Part shown: in pieces, positions 1 through 9,397 of the stretch
Numbering within the stretch: position 1 is the stretch's first letter
How the letters are laid out: every line of letters begins with the position of its first letter
Source of the DNA: Candidatus Omnitrophota bacterium
GTDB lineage: Bacteria; Omnitrophota; Gorgyraeia; Zapsychrales; Fredricksoniimonadaceae
Length of the DNA: 64,000 nt
Direction: 5' to 3'
Assembly (NCBI GenBank): GCA_016201795.1
Contig: JACQCF010000018.1
Coordinates: 2,820-66,819, forward strand
The notes under the pieces: generated by a model
The model's input: the letters and a program-made list of their open reading frames with translations, nothing else
Told to the model about the DNA's origin: nothing
Databases searched by the model: none
Program-made: the position numbers and the translations under genes

Positions 1-138
1 AGTTTAGAGGTGGCGGCTGGCCTTGCTCCGTTGGATGTCAACCAGATGGCCTTTGATGCAACATTGATGCATAAAGTTTTTAAGGGCGAGGCAATGCCCA
101 AGGAAATTGACCGCTTCAAAAAAGAAGGCAGGGCATGA
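1..138 (+). CDS. Probable antitoxin (VapB/FitA-like), 3' part only
   Basis: Open frame from base 1 (SLEVAAGLAP...EIDRFKKEGRA*). Its TGA overlaps the ATG of the PIN gene (ATGA at 135-138). Not in the ORF track; function inferred from position. Confidence 0.6.
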   Translation, partial: SLEVAAGLAPLDVNQMAFDATLMHKVFKGEAMPKEIDRFKKEGRA

Positions 139-530
139 TCGTAGCGGACGCAAATTTAGTTGCCTATTATTATCTACCGGGACCTTTTCAACCACTAGCT
201 CAAAGAATCATACAGAAAGATCCTGTTTGGTTTGTTCCACCAATTCTAGTGTTGGAGTTTCGCAATATCCTTCTTGGTTTTGTTAGAGGCAAGCAACTTC
301 ATAAGAAGGATGCTATTGAGCTTGCTGTCAGAGTGGAGCTTATTTTTAGCCAGCGAACAAAAGGGGGTTCATCGGCTCAAGTGATGGATTTAGCCTGCGA
401 CTCTGGATGTTCAGCATATGATGCAGAATATATTGCTCTGGCGCAGATGATGGGTGTAAAGTTAGTAACCAACGATAAATATTTGTTGAATGCTTTTCCA
501 AAAGTGGCAGTGGCGCTGGAGGATTTTTAA
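135..530 (+). CDS. vapC: PIN-domain VapC-family toxin
   Basis: MIVADAN N-terminus, SAYDAEYIALA and LVTND motifs, 131 aa. Confidence 0.85.
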   Translation: MIVADANLVAYYYLPGPFQPLAQRIIQKDPVWFVPPILVLEFRNILLGFVRGKQLHKKDAIELAVRVELIFSQRTKGGSSAQVMDLACDSGCSAYDAEYIALAQMMGVKLVTNDKYLLNAFPKVAVALEDF

Positions 531-669
531 GAAATTTCGCATTAAAGAGTCATTATGTAGAGGGTTTTTCTTCCTTGGCTGGTTCTCAATGTTGCAGCAT
601 CCCCTATAATAAATTAAAGAAATAGTTGTTTTCTGGCAGTTTAATTGTTTTCTGCTATACTTAACCTTT

Positions 670-2637
670 ATGGTATTCAATAAAATTAAAAATATCCTCA
701 TGGGTAAGGCTTTAAGCCTGCAAGACCAGGGTCTGGCCCAGCGGATGTCCCTGATTGCCTTTTTTGCCTGGGTTGGCTTAGGGGCAGACGGGATGTCATC
801 TTCCTGTTATGGTCCGGAACAAGCCTATTTGGCCTTACAGGGGCATAGTCATTTGAGCATTTTCGTAGCGATTGCCTCGGCTTTGACGGTTTTTATCATC
901 TCCGCCAGCTATAGTCAGATCATCGAACTGTTTCCTCAAGGCGGCGGGGGGTATCTGGTCGCCAGCCGCCTGCTGTCGCCTAATGTGGGCATGGTCTCCG
1001 GATGCGCCCTTTTAATTGATTATCTTTTAACCATCGCGATTTCCTTGGCCAGCGGCACCGATGCTCTGTTTAGCTTTCTTCCTTTAGAATGGCAGAGTCA
1101 TAAGGTCGCCTTTTGTGCGGGAAGTATTTTACTTTTGACTTTCTTGAACATGCGCGGAGTTAAGGAATCTGTTTTGCCCCTGGTGCCGATCTTTCTGATA
1201 TTTATTATCACCCATGTGTTCATGATCATTTATGCTATCTATATCCATATCAACACCGTCCCTGCCCTGATCGCCTCGACCCAAAACGACATTCATCAGA
1301 CCTATCAGCAAATTGGTTTAGCCGGCATGATCTTTCTGATTTTAAAATCCTACAGCATCGGCGCCGGAACTTATACGGGTATTGAAGCGGTCAGCAATGG
1401 TTTGCCGATTTTGCGCGAACCAAGGGTGAAAACCGGCAAGCGTACCATGCTGTATATGTCGGTATCTCTGGCCTTTACTGTTTTAGGGCTGATGCTGGCC
1501 TATTTGATTTATGATGTCGGCTCACAGCCGGGTAAAACCCTTAACGCGGTTTTGTTTGAAACGATCTCCGGTCATTGGGGGGGCGGCGGGCAAGCCTTTG
1601 TGTATGTAAGCCTTTTGGCCGAGGCTTTTATCCTTTTTGTGGCTGCCCAAAGCGGATTTTTAGGGGGGCCAAGAGTTCTGGCGAATATGGCCATTGACCG
1701 CTGGTTTCCGACCAGGTTTGCTTCTCTGAGCGACCGTTTAGTGACTCAAAAAGGCGTGCTTTTGATGGGAGCGGGCGCTTTAATCACCGTGCTGGCCACC
1801 CAAGCTTCGGTCAAATACTTGGTGGTGCTTTACAGTATCAATGTGTTTGTGACCTTTTCTCTGTCGCAGTTAGGGATGGTGCGCTATTGGTGGGGGGTGC
1901 GTCGTGAGATGCGGGATTGGTTGGGAAGGATTTCAATCAATAGCATCAGTCTGGTGTTAACCACCTTTATTCTGGTGGCGGTGGTTATTTTAAAATTCCA
2001 TGAAGGCGGCTGGGTGACCATGCTTATTACCGGCTCGCTGATTGTTCTGGCGGTTGTGATCAAGCGGCATTATCTGGAAACAGCCAAACAATTGAGGCGT
2101 TTGAATAATCTGGTGCAGGCGGCTTATGTTTCTGTGCAGGACAATGGTCAGCCTGCGCCGGTTAAACCGTCTCTGGATTCCAATTCAAAGACAGCGGTTT
2201 TGGTGGTCAATGGTTTTAATGGGCTGGGGCTTCACACGCTCTTTAACGTGATTCGTCTTTTTAGCAAAGAGTTTAAGAATTTTGTTTTTGTTCAGGTGGG
2301 AGTTGTTGATGCCGGTAACTATAAGGGGGCGGAGGATGTCAAAAGTCTTCAGCAAAAGGTCAGCCAGGATATTGAGCGTTACGTGCGTTTTATGAATGCG
2401 CAAAACTGTTACGCGGAAAGTTTGACTTTGACCGGTACGGATGTGATCGATGAGGTGGAGAAGATAAGCCCCAGCCTCGTGCAACGCCTGCCGGGAGTGG
2501 TATTTTTCGGCGGACAAATCGTCTTTGAAAAGGAAACCTTTTTGACCAGATGGCTGCATAACTATACCGTGTTTTCTTTGCAGAGGCGTTTGTACAATTA
2601 CGGCATTCCCTTCATGGTCATGCCTATCCGTGTCTAG
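670..2637 (+). CDS. APC-family transporter, KimA/YdaO-like K+ importer
   Basis: ADGMSSSCYGPE, GGGGYLVAS and TGIEAVSNG motifs; ~12 TM helices plus soluble C-terminal domain. Confidence 0.75.
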   Translation: MVFNKIKNILMGKALSLQDQGLAQRMSLIAFFAWVGLGADGMSSSCYGPEQAYLALQGHSHLSIFVAIASALTVFIISASYSQIIELFPQGGGGYLVASRLLSPNVGMVSGCALLIDYLLTIAISLASGTDALFSFLPLEWQSHKVAFCAGSILLLTFLNMRGVKESVLPLVPIFLIFIITHVFMIIYAIYIHINTVPALIASTQNDIHQTYQQIGLAGMIFLILKSYSIGAGTYTGIEAVSNGLPILREPRVKTGKRTMLYMSVSLAFTVLGLMLAYLIYDVGSQPGKTLNAVLFETISGHWGGGGQAFVYVSLLAEAFILFVAAQSGFLGGPRVLANMAIDRWFPTRFASLSDRLVTQKGVLLMGAGALITVLATQASVKYLVVLYSINVFVTFSLSQLGMVRYWWGVRREMRDWLGRISINSISLVLTTFILVAVVILKFHEGGWVTMLITGSLIVLAVVIKRHYLETAKQLRRLNNLVQAAYVSVQDNGQPAPVKPSLDSNSKTAVLVVNGFNGLGLHTLFNVIRLFSKEFKNFVFVQVGVVDAGNYKGAEDVKSLQQKVSQDIERYVRFMNAQNCYAESLTLTGTDVIDEVEKISPSLVQRLPGVVFFGGQIVFEKETFLTRWLHNYTVFSLQRRLYNYGIPFMVMPIRV

Positions 2638-2651
2638 GGGTCACCACCAGT

Positions 2652-2906
2652 ATGGCTAAATTAAAATTAGATCTGCATGATATCTTCAGCAACGGCAAAG
2701 CCATTGAATCAGAGCTAAACCGCCTCATCCAGGAAGCTGTGGCTAAAAAGATTTCTTTGGTGGAAATCATCCCCGGTAAAGGCAGCGGCCAGCTGAAAAA
2801 GAGCGTTTTGCGTTTTTTACAGCAAAAGCATATCAAAGCGCTGTACCACCGGCTTGAAAAAGATGATAAGAATTTTGGCCGGGTTTTCGTTCATTTCAGA
2901 TTTTAG
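2652..2906 (+). CDS. Stand-alone Smr (small MutS-related) domain protein
   Basis: LDLH and IIPGKGSG motifs, 84 aa. Confidence 0.85.
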   Translation: MAKLKLDLHDIFSNGKAIESELNRLIQEAVAKKISLVEIIPGKGSGQLKKSVLRFLQQKHIKALYHRLEKDDKNFGRVFVHFRF

Positions 2907-2997
2907 CTGAATTTTTTTCAGGGCGCCTGCCATAATTTTGCTTGTCATTTTTTCCTCCGGAGGATATACTTAAGATACTTTAATTTAAGGAGAGGTC

Positions 2998-3387
2998 ATG
3001 TTGGAAAACCGACGACATTTGCGTATTCGACAGCTCATGGACGTCACCTGGAACATGCCCGGGGAAGACCTTGCCGGGCAGGGCCAGATCATCAACATCA
3101 GCGCCTCTGGTATTTTTCTGCAGATCGATAGTAGTTTCAGGCCGTTGGATAAATGTGTTTTGTCCATTGATCCTGAAATCAGCCAAGAAAAACCACCTTT
3201 TTTGACCAAAAAAGGCCGGGTTGTCTGGTTTCGTAAAATCCAAAGCCCTCATTACAGTTACCAGTGCGGTCTGGAGTTTTTAAAGGAACATATTTTTGAT
3301 CAAACCTTAAGCGATTGGCTTGAAACTAAAACCACCCAGTTAGCTCAAACCATGAATGTCAATATTCTTAATAATTATGTGGCTTAG
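2998..3387 (+). CDS. PilZ-domain protein
   Basis: RRHLR (RxxxR), NISASG and GRVVW...GLEF; SD AAGGAG; TTGTCA-17-TATACT promoter upstream. Confidence 0.85.
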   Translation: MLENRRHLRIRQLMDVTWNMPGEDLAGQGQIINISASGIFLQIDSSFRPLDKCVLSIDPEISQEKPPFLTKKGRVVWFRKIQSPHYSYQCGLEFLKEHIFDQTLSDWLETKTTQLAQTMNVNILNNYVA

Positions 3388-3405
3388 AACACAAAGGAGT
3401 CTAAC

Positions 3406-4224
3406 GTGGCAGAAACAGTTTTGAATCAAGAAGAACAAAACATGGATGTCAACAAAAAAAACAGGAAACTTAAACAAGGCCGTGGCTTTTTTCACCTTAA
3501 TAACCCTGTTTTAGGCATTGTTGTACTCCTGGTGGTGATCGGTGTCACAGCGTATGTGTTAAAATTACAGCATGACAATACTCAGATTTTTGCGCAGTCC
3601 AGTGATTTGGCTTTAAGCGCGGGGGGAGCTCAGGCGGCCAATTATCGCTCTTATGTTCAGCAATATAAAGATACCAGAGCCCAGTTGGAAGAAACTACCC
3701 GTAAATTGGAAGCAGTAACCAGTCAACTCAATAATGTCACCGTACAGTTGGATACTACCAAAGGCATGCTGGCTCAAACTCAAGCCATGCTCGCTCAAAC
3801 CCAGCTTGAGAATGCCAAATTAAAGGAAGATTTGCAAAGTTTAGATGGTCTTCGCTCCAGCGAGAATGTGCAAAATACCTCTAACTTGGAAGCTAGAATT
3901 TCCGCCCTTAAAGCAAAAAATGCTCAAACCGATATCGAGCTCAGTGATCTAAAAACACAATTACGCACTTTTCAGGCTGATTTTTCAACCCTGGAACAGG
4001 GCCGTTCCTTAATCCGTCTATTTCAGAATAAAATTAGATTGGTCAAAAACCGTATGCGTTATTTAGAGAGGGAGGCTTATTTGGCGAAAGTCGCCGCTCA
4101 AAAAGAACGCGACCGCATTGCTACGCTCAACGGCAATAGCGGTTTTGTGTTTCGCAACGGTGAGTTTCAAAAGCCTCGTGGTACTAATAAAAACTTTTTC
4201 ATTGATGTAAGAATGGTGCAATAA
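3406..4224 (+). CDS. Membrane-anchored coiled-coil hypothetical protein
   Basis: GTG start with AAGGAG SD; one TM segment then heptad-rich region. Confidence 0.75.
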   Translation: MAETVLNQEEQNMDVNKKNRKLKQGRGFFHLNNPVLGIVVLLVVIGVTAYVLKLQHDNTQIFAQSSDLALSAGGAQAANYRSYVQQYKDTRAQLEETTRKLEAVTSQLNNVTVQLDTTKGMLAQTQAMLAQTQLENAKLKEDLQSLDGLRSSENVQNTSNLEARISALKAKNAQTDIELSDLKTQLRTFQADFSTLEQGRSLIRLFQNKIRLVKNRMRYLEREAYLAKVAAQKERDRIATLNGNSGFVFRNGEFQKPRGTNKNFFIDVRMVQ

Positions 4225-4243
4225 GATAACATGGAAGGTGAAT

Positions 4244-4282
4244 AAAGAGGGCGTATGAGCATATCATACGCCTTTTGTTTTT
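4244..4282 (+). terminator. Intrinsic terminator
   Basis: GGCGTATGA-GCATA-TCATACGCC hairpin followed by TTTTGTTTTT. Confidence 0.8.
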
Positions 4283-4350
4283 CTAAAAGCATTGAAATCT
4301 CGTCAGAAAATCGTTAGTATAGAAGGCATTTAAGGTAAGGAGGCTAGGGT

Positions 4351-4806
4351 ATGTCATTAGAAGACAAAATTGTGCAAGATTATGTAGCGGCCATGAAACA
4401 GAGGGATACGTTTCTCTCCTCGGTATTAAGTTTCTTACGCGCGCAGATCAAAAACGTCAAAATCGACAAACGTGTGGAAAAAATTTCTGACCAAGAGGTG
4501 GTCGTGGTCATTAGGAAACAGCTTAAACAGCGTCAAGACTCGATAGCGCAGTTTAAAGCCGGCCAACGCATGGATTTGGCGGAAAAAGAAGAGAAGGAAG
4601 CCGCCGTGCTACAAGGTTATTTACCCGCCCAGGCTTCGCATGAGGTGATTCAAGCGGCCGTCGAGGAAGCGATGAGCTCGACGTCAGCCTCCTCGATCAA
4701 AGATATGGGTAAGGTCATGAAAGAGGTTTTAGCTAAACTGGGGGCCCAAGCAGACCATCAGGTCGTCAGCGCTCTTGTCAAGGAGCGTCTAGGGAGAATG
4801 ACATGA
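4351..4806 (+). CDS. GatB/YqeY domain protein
   Basis: KQRQDSIAQF...R.DLAEKE..E..VLQGYLP and DMGKVMK motifs. Confidence 0.9.
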   Translation: MSLEDKIVQDYVAAMKQRDTFLSSVLSFLRAQIKNVKIDKRVEKISDQEVVVVIRKQLKQRQDSIAQFKAGQRMDLAEKEEKEAAVLQGYLPAQASHEVIQAAVEEAMSSTSASSIKDMGKVMKEVLAKLGAQADHQVVSALVKERLGRMT

Positions 4807-5600
4807 GAAGGATATTGGTACGGTTTTTTTTAATAGTTGGTATTACGATTGCCACGGTAGGTGTTGGTTTTACCTTTTGGCTGCGTGATCGTTATGTAGT
4901 GCCCATCATCACCTATCATCATGTTGGTGTTCCTTCCGACCGCTCCTTGTTTCTTAATACCGTCAGCGCAGAATCGTTTGAACGCCAGATGCAGTTTCTG
5001 AAAAGAAACGGTTTCGAGATCATCAGTTTTGATAGTTTGGTTAAAGGGATCCACCGAGGATTTTTGTTCAGGCGTGATACCGTGCTCATTCAATTCGACG
5101 ACGGCTATGAAGATAATTATGTCAATGCTTTGCCCATTCTTAAGAAATACGGGTTTCCAGCCATGGAATTTTTAATTTCTGATTTGATTGGCAAGAGAGG
5201 GTTTCTGACCTGGGATCAAGTGAAAGAAATGGAGGAAAATAATTTTGTCATGGGGGCCCACACGCGTACGCATGCCTATCTGCCGGATTTATCCCCACAG
5301 AAGATGCGGGATGAAATTGTGGGCAGTAAGAAAATTATTGAGCAACATTTAGGGCATTCCATCGATTATTTTGCTTATCCTTCGGGTGGTTTTAATGTAC
5401 CGGCCAAACAAATTGCTAAAGAAGCCGGTTTTCAAGCGGCGGTCACAACCAATCGAGGTAAAGACAGATATAATGAAGATTTATATGAATTGAAACGAAT
5501 CCGTATCAATGACAGGGACAGTCGTTTTGGCAGCATCATTATGTGGTTTAAATTATCTGGTTATTATAACTTATTTAGGAAGAGCAAAGATGGGGAATAA
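4803..5600 (+). CDS. Polysaccharide deacetylase (CE4)
   Basis: YHHV, FDDGYEDNY, HTRTH and FAYPSG motifs; N-terminal TM. Confidence 0.9.
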   Translation: MRRILVRFFLIVGITIATVGVGFTFWLRDRYVVPIITYHHVGVPSDRSLFLNTVSAESFERQMQFLKRNGFEIISFDSLVKGIHRGFLFRRDTVLIQFDDGYEDNYVNALPILKKYGFPAMEFLISDLIGKRGFLTWDQVKEMEENNFVMGAHTRTHAYLPDLSPQKMRDEIVGSKKIIEQHLGHSIDYFAYPSGGFNVPAKQIAKEAGFQAAVTTNRGKDRYNEDLYELKRIRINDRDSRFGSIIMWFKLSGYYNLFRKSKDGE

Positions 5601-5612
5601 AGAAAGGGATGT

Positions 5613-8600
5613 ATGCTCAAGCAGTACCGTTTGTGTGATGACGGCTCTTTTGTGATTGAAGATTATCAGCACCAGAAAGTTTTTTCTAATTTTTTCCCGG
5701 GGGTGGCCGGCCTCTGGGGTATCCCCATGTGGGCCTTTTACGTCAATCGCGGCCAAGCCATGAGTTCTTTTGGCATTGAATCCAAAGATAAAGCCATTTT
5801 AGAATTTCAGCCGGCTAATCGCGCCTATCGGTTAACCTCCCTGCAAGGCTTTCGCACCTTTTTGAAAATCCTCGACGGCAGAAGACAGAAATTCTATGAG
5901 CCTTTTGCCAATAGCCTGGGCAGTCCTTATAAGATCAGCCAGCGCATGACGATCAAAAGTCATGATTTGACTATCGAAGACGTCAACCAAACGTTGGGGC
6001 TTAAAATTCAGGTGAATTATTTTACCCTGCCTCAAGAGCCTTTCGCCGCTTTGGTGCGCCGGGTCACTTTAGAGAATATCTCCAAGAAAGAAATTCATCT
6101 GGAAGTAATGGATGGTTTGCCGGCGATTAATCCTTACGGGCTGAAGGACTGGCTGGGCAAACACATGTCCCGTACCGTCGAGGCGTGGATGGAGGTGCGT
6201 AATTTATCCAAAAAAGCCCCCTTCTATCAATTGAAAGCGGAAGTGGCGGATACCCCGCAAGTCACGCCCATTCAAGAGGGTCATTTCTATTTTGCTTTTG
6301 AGGAGTCTTCCCATCAATTATTGGATATGATCGTGGAAGCTGCTTGCATCTTCGGGCAGTCGAGTGATTTTTTGGTGCCGGAAGCTTTTATGGTTAGTCC
6401 AAAATTTGAGCTTAGCGCCCTTCAGCAAACATCCAACCGCACGCCGTGCGCGTTTAGTTTTAGCCGCCTGTCGTTAAAATCTCAACAGAGCTACACATGG
6501 ACAGCGATGGCAGGCTTCGCGCATGATCTAATGGAGCTTAATAGCGTAGTTAAAAAGTCCTTACGCAAAGGATACACGGATGAGAAAGCTCAGCAAAACC
6601 GTGAGATTATTGACGACATCAAAGGGTATTGTTTCACCAGAAGCTCATCGAAGGCTTTTGATGAGTATTGCGGCCAAAATTTTCTTGATAATATTTTGCG
6701 CGGGGGACTGCCGATTTCTTTGAGCACAGCCAAAGGCGCCGTCTCTTTTAATGTGTACAGCCGCAAGCACGGGGATTTGGAGCGCGATTACAATTTCTTT
6801 AACCTGGCGCCGACGTTTTTGTCGCAGGGCAACGGCAATTACCGTGACGTTAATCAAAACCGCCGCCACGACGGGTGGTTTAATCGCGACGTGGTGGATA
6901 GTGCGATTGTGAATTTCATGAATCTCATCCAGGCCGACGGCTACAATCCTCTGGTGGTCAAAGGATCAGCCTTTGATATCAGCGATGAGAGCGCCATGGA
7001 GGGTGTTATTAAAGAATTCGTCATCAGCGATGACGCTCCACCAGTCAAAGAGCTGTTGAAAAAAGGCTTTATGCCAGGGGATTTGTTGAAATTGGTTATA
7101 CGTCGGGGTTTGATTAAAGGCAACCCCAAAGACTTTTTAGCTAAAGTGCTTTCTTTCAGCCAAAAAAGGGAACAGGCAGATTTCGGCGAAGGTTTCTGGA
7201 GTGACCATTGGACTTATAATTTGGATTTGATGGAAAGCTATTTAAGTCTATATCCTGAGAAATTGCAGGATATTCTCATCGAGAAGAATGTTTTTAGTTT
7301 CCATCTCAGTGAAACTTACGTTCTGCCGCGTCACAAGAGGTATGTTTTAACGGACCGTGGCGTGCGGCAATACCATGCGCTGGCCGAACATGACAGAGAA
7401 GTCAAAGCCAAAGAAAAAGGTTATCAATTGCGCGTCAAAGCCGGTGGGGGGGATGTTTATCAAACTAACCTTTTGGTCAAAATCATATGCCTTTTGGCCA
7501 ATAAAGCCGCCAGCCTTGATCCGTCGGGTATCGGTATTGAAATGGAGGCCAATAAACCCAATTGGTATGATGCTTTAAACGGTTTGCCTGGGTTATTGGG
7601 CTCTTCCATCTGTGAGACCTTCGAGCTTAAACGCTGGGCTTTGTTTGTGCAAAATAGTTTGGATGAGCTAAAAAAAGCCCCTGAGCAAAAAGTGGAAGTT
7701 TTTGAAGAGCTGGCGGATTTCTTAACCGGTTTAACGCATCTTTTATCGACGGAAAAAGACAGTTTAAAGTACTGGCAGAAAGCCAATGATCTCAAAGAGC
7801 TTTATCGTCAAAACGTACGCTATGGCATCAGCGGCAGCCAAAAGACCATGACGATCGCAGAGCTCAAGAAGTTTTTGGAAGTGACCATCGCCAGGGTGAA
7901 TGCGGCGGTCTCCAAAGCCCGCTATGACAACGGTCTGTTTGCATCCTACTTTTATCATGAAGTCAGCGAATATGAAATCTTAGATAAGGCCCATCAAGGC
8001 GGGCATCATGTGAAGCCTTTGAAATTCCAGCGTCATGATTTGCCGCTGTTTTTGGAAGGCTTCGTGCATGCGCTGCGCGTTGGTGATGATATCCAAGCCC
8101 GGGGGTTGTTTCGGGCCCTCAAAAAGAGCCCCTTGTATGACCGCAAACTCGGCATGTATAAAGTCAATGCGGATCTTTCCAAAGAAACCGAAGAAATCGG
8201 ACGCGCCCGCGTTTTTCCGTCGGGATGGCTGGAGAATGAATCCGTGTGGCTGCATATGGAGTACAAATATTTTCTGGAGCTTTTACGTCACGGCCTGACA
8301 GGAGAATTTTTTGAAGAAATCAAAACCAGCCTCGTTCCTTTTCTGGATCCTGCCTGTTACGGTCGAAGTATCCTTGAGAATTCTTCGTTTATTGTCAGTT
8401 CGGCGCATGAGGATAAGAATTTGTGGGGCCAAGGTTTTGTGGCACGTTTATCGGGCAGCACGGCGGAATTTTTGCATATATGGCTTATGATGAATGTGGG
8501 CCTTAAGCCTTTTGCCGTCAAAGACGGCCAGCTGACACTAACGTTTGCGCCGCTGCTTGCCGGCTGGTTGTTTAGTGTCCAAGAAAAAGGGGATTTGCCG

Positions 8601-8825
8601 GCCAATACGTATGCTTTTAAATTTTTAGCCAAAACTTTGGTGGTGTATCATAATCCTCTGCGTCAAGATACGTTTGGCCCCAAAGCAGCGGTTGCTTCCA
8701 AAATGATTTTGACCTATCCGGATAAACGCCCTAAACTGGAGCAGACTGGCAGCGTCATTACCGGCGCTTTAGCCCAGGATGTTCGTCAGGGACGCTTGCA
8801 GCGAATTGATATTATTCTTGAGTAA
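5613..8825 (+). CDS. Large inverting glycoside phosphorylase-like protein (probably GH161 beta-1,3-glucan phosphorylase)
   Basis: 1070 aa; WAFYVNRGQ, YSRKHGDLERDYN, GNGNYRDVNQNRR, WYDALNGLPG and WLENESVWLHMEYKY motifs; family assignment from recall. Confidence 0.65.
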   Translation: MLKQYRLCDDGSFVIEDYQHQKVFSNFFPGVAGLWGIPMWAFYVNRGQAMSSFGIESKDKAILEFQPANRAYRLTSLQGFRTFLKILDGRRQKFYEPFANSLGSPYKISQRMTIKSHDLTIEDVNQTLGLKIQVNYFTLPQEPFAALVRRVTLENISKKEIHLEVMDGLPAINPYGLKDWLGKHMSRTVEAWMEVRNLSKKAPFYQLKAEVADTPQVTPIQEGHFYFAFEESSHQLLDMIVEAACIFGQSSDFLVPEAFMVSPKFELSALQQTSNRTPCAFSFSRLSLKSQQSYTWTAMAGFAHDLMELNSVVKKSLRKGYTDEKAQQNREIIDDIKGYCFTRSSSKAFDEYCGQNFLDNILRGGLPISLSTAKGAVSFNVYSRKHGDLERDYNFFNLAPTFLSQGNGNYRDVNQNRRHDGWFNRDVVDSAIVNFMNLIQADGYNPLVVKGSAFDISDESAMEGVIKEFVISDDAPPVKELLKKGFMPGDLLKLVIRRGLIKGNPKDFLAKVLSFSQKREQADFGEGFWSDHWTYNLDLMESYLSLYPEKLQDILIEKNVFSFHLSETYVLPRHKRYVLTDRGVRQYHALAEHDREVKAKEKGYQLRVKAGGGDVYQTNLLVKIICLLANKAASLDPSGIGIEMEANKPNWYDALNGLPGLLGSSICETFELKRWALFVQNSLDELKKAPEQKVEVFEELADFLTGLTHLLSTEKDSLKYWQKANDLKELYRQNVRYGISGSQKTMTIAELKKFLEVTIARVNAAVSKARYDNGLFASYFYHEVSEYEILDKAHQGGHHVKPLKFQRHDLPLFLEGFVHALRVGDDIQARGLFRALKKSPLYDRKLGMYKVNADLSKETEEIGRARVFPSGWLENESVWLHMEYKYFLELLRHGLTGEFFEEIKTSLVPFLDPACYGRSILENSSFIVSSAHEDKNLWGQGFVARLSGSTAEFLHIWLMMNVGLKPFAVKDGQLTLTFAPLLAGWLFSVQEKGDLPANTYAFKFLAKTLVVYHNPLRQDTFGPKAAVASKMILTYPDKRPKLEQTGSVITGALAQDVRQGRLQRIDIILE

Positions 8826-8874
8826 TATGTCGTCTTACGTTTGAAATATAATCTTGTTAGGAGGGGATTGGACA

Positions 8875-9396
8875 ATGAAAAAACCTTTAGTAGGCATTAT
8901 CATGGGCAGTCCATCGGATTTAAAAATTATGGGTGCGGCAGCGGATATTCTCCAGGAGCTGGGCGTGTCTTATGAAATCACCATTATTTCTGCTCACCGT
9001 GCTCCCAAGCGTACGTTTGATTATGCTCAAAGTGCCCTGAGCCGCGGATTGAAGGTCATTATCGCCGGGGCCGGTGGGGCCGCTCATTTGCCAGGGGTGG
9101 TGGCGGCTTTAACGACCTTGCCGACGATTGGGGTTCCGATCAGGTCTTCTCATTCTATAGAGGGCTTAGATTCTTTATTATCTATCGCACAAATGCCTCC
9201 CGGCGTGCCGGTAGCGACGATGGCCATTAACGGCGCTCAAAACGCCGGACTTTTGGCCGCCCAAATCATTGGTACTTATGATCGGTCTTTAAGCCGGAAA
9301 TTAAGCGGATATAAAAAGATTTTAAAAAATAAAGTCGAGGTCTCCGCGAAGACTCTGAAAATCAAAGGTCATCGCGCTTTGAGAGCCCTGAAGTAA
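8875..9396 (+). CDS. purE: N5-CAIR mutase
   Basis: IIMGSPSD, SAHR, AGAGGAAHLPG and QMPPGVPVAT; start moved to ATG 8875 behind AGGAGG. Confidence 0.95.
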   Translation: MKKPLVGIIMGSPSDLKIMGAAADILQELGVSYEITIISAHRAPKRTFDYAQSALSRGLKVIIAGAGGAAHLPGVVAALTTLPTIGVPIRSSHSIEGLDSLLSIAQMPPGVPVATMAINGAQNAGLLAAQIIGTYDRSLSRKLSGYKKILKNKVEVSAKTLKIKGHRALRALK

Positions 9397-9397
9397 A

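Noticed and set aside
531-669. Possible ydaO (c-di-AMP) riboswitch before the kimA-like gene
   Set aside because: The region is AT-rich with no conserved ydaO motifs, and the promoter sits directly before the ATG.
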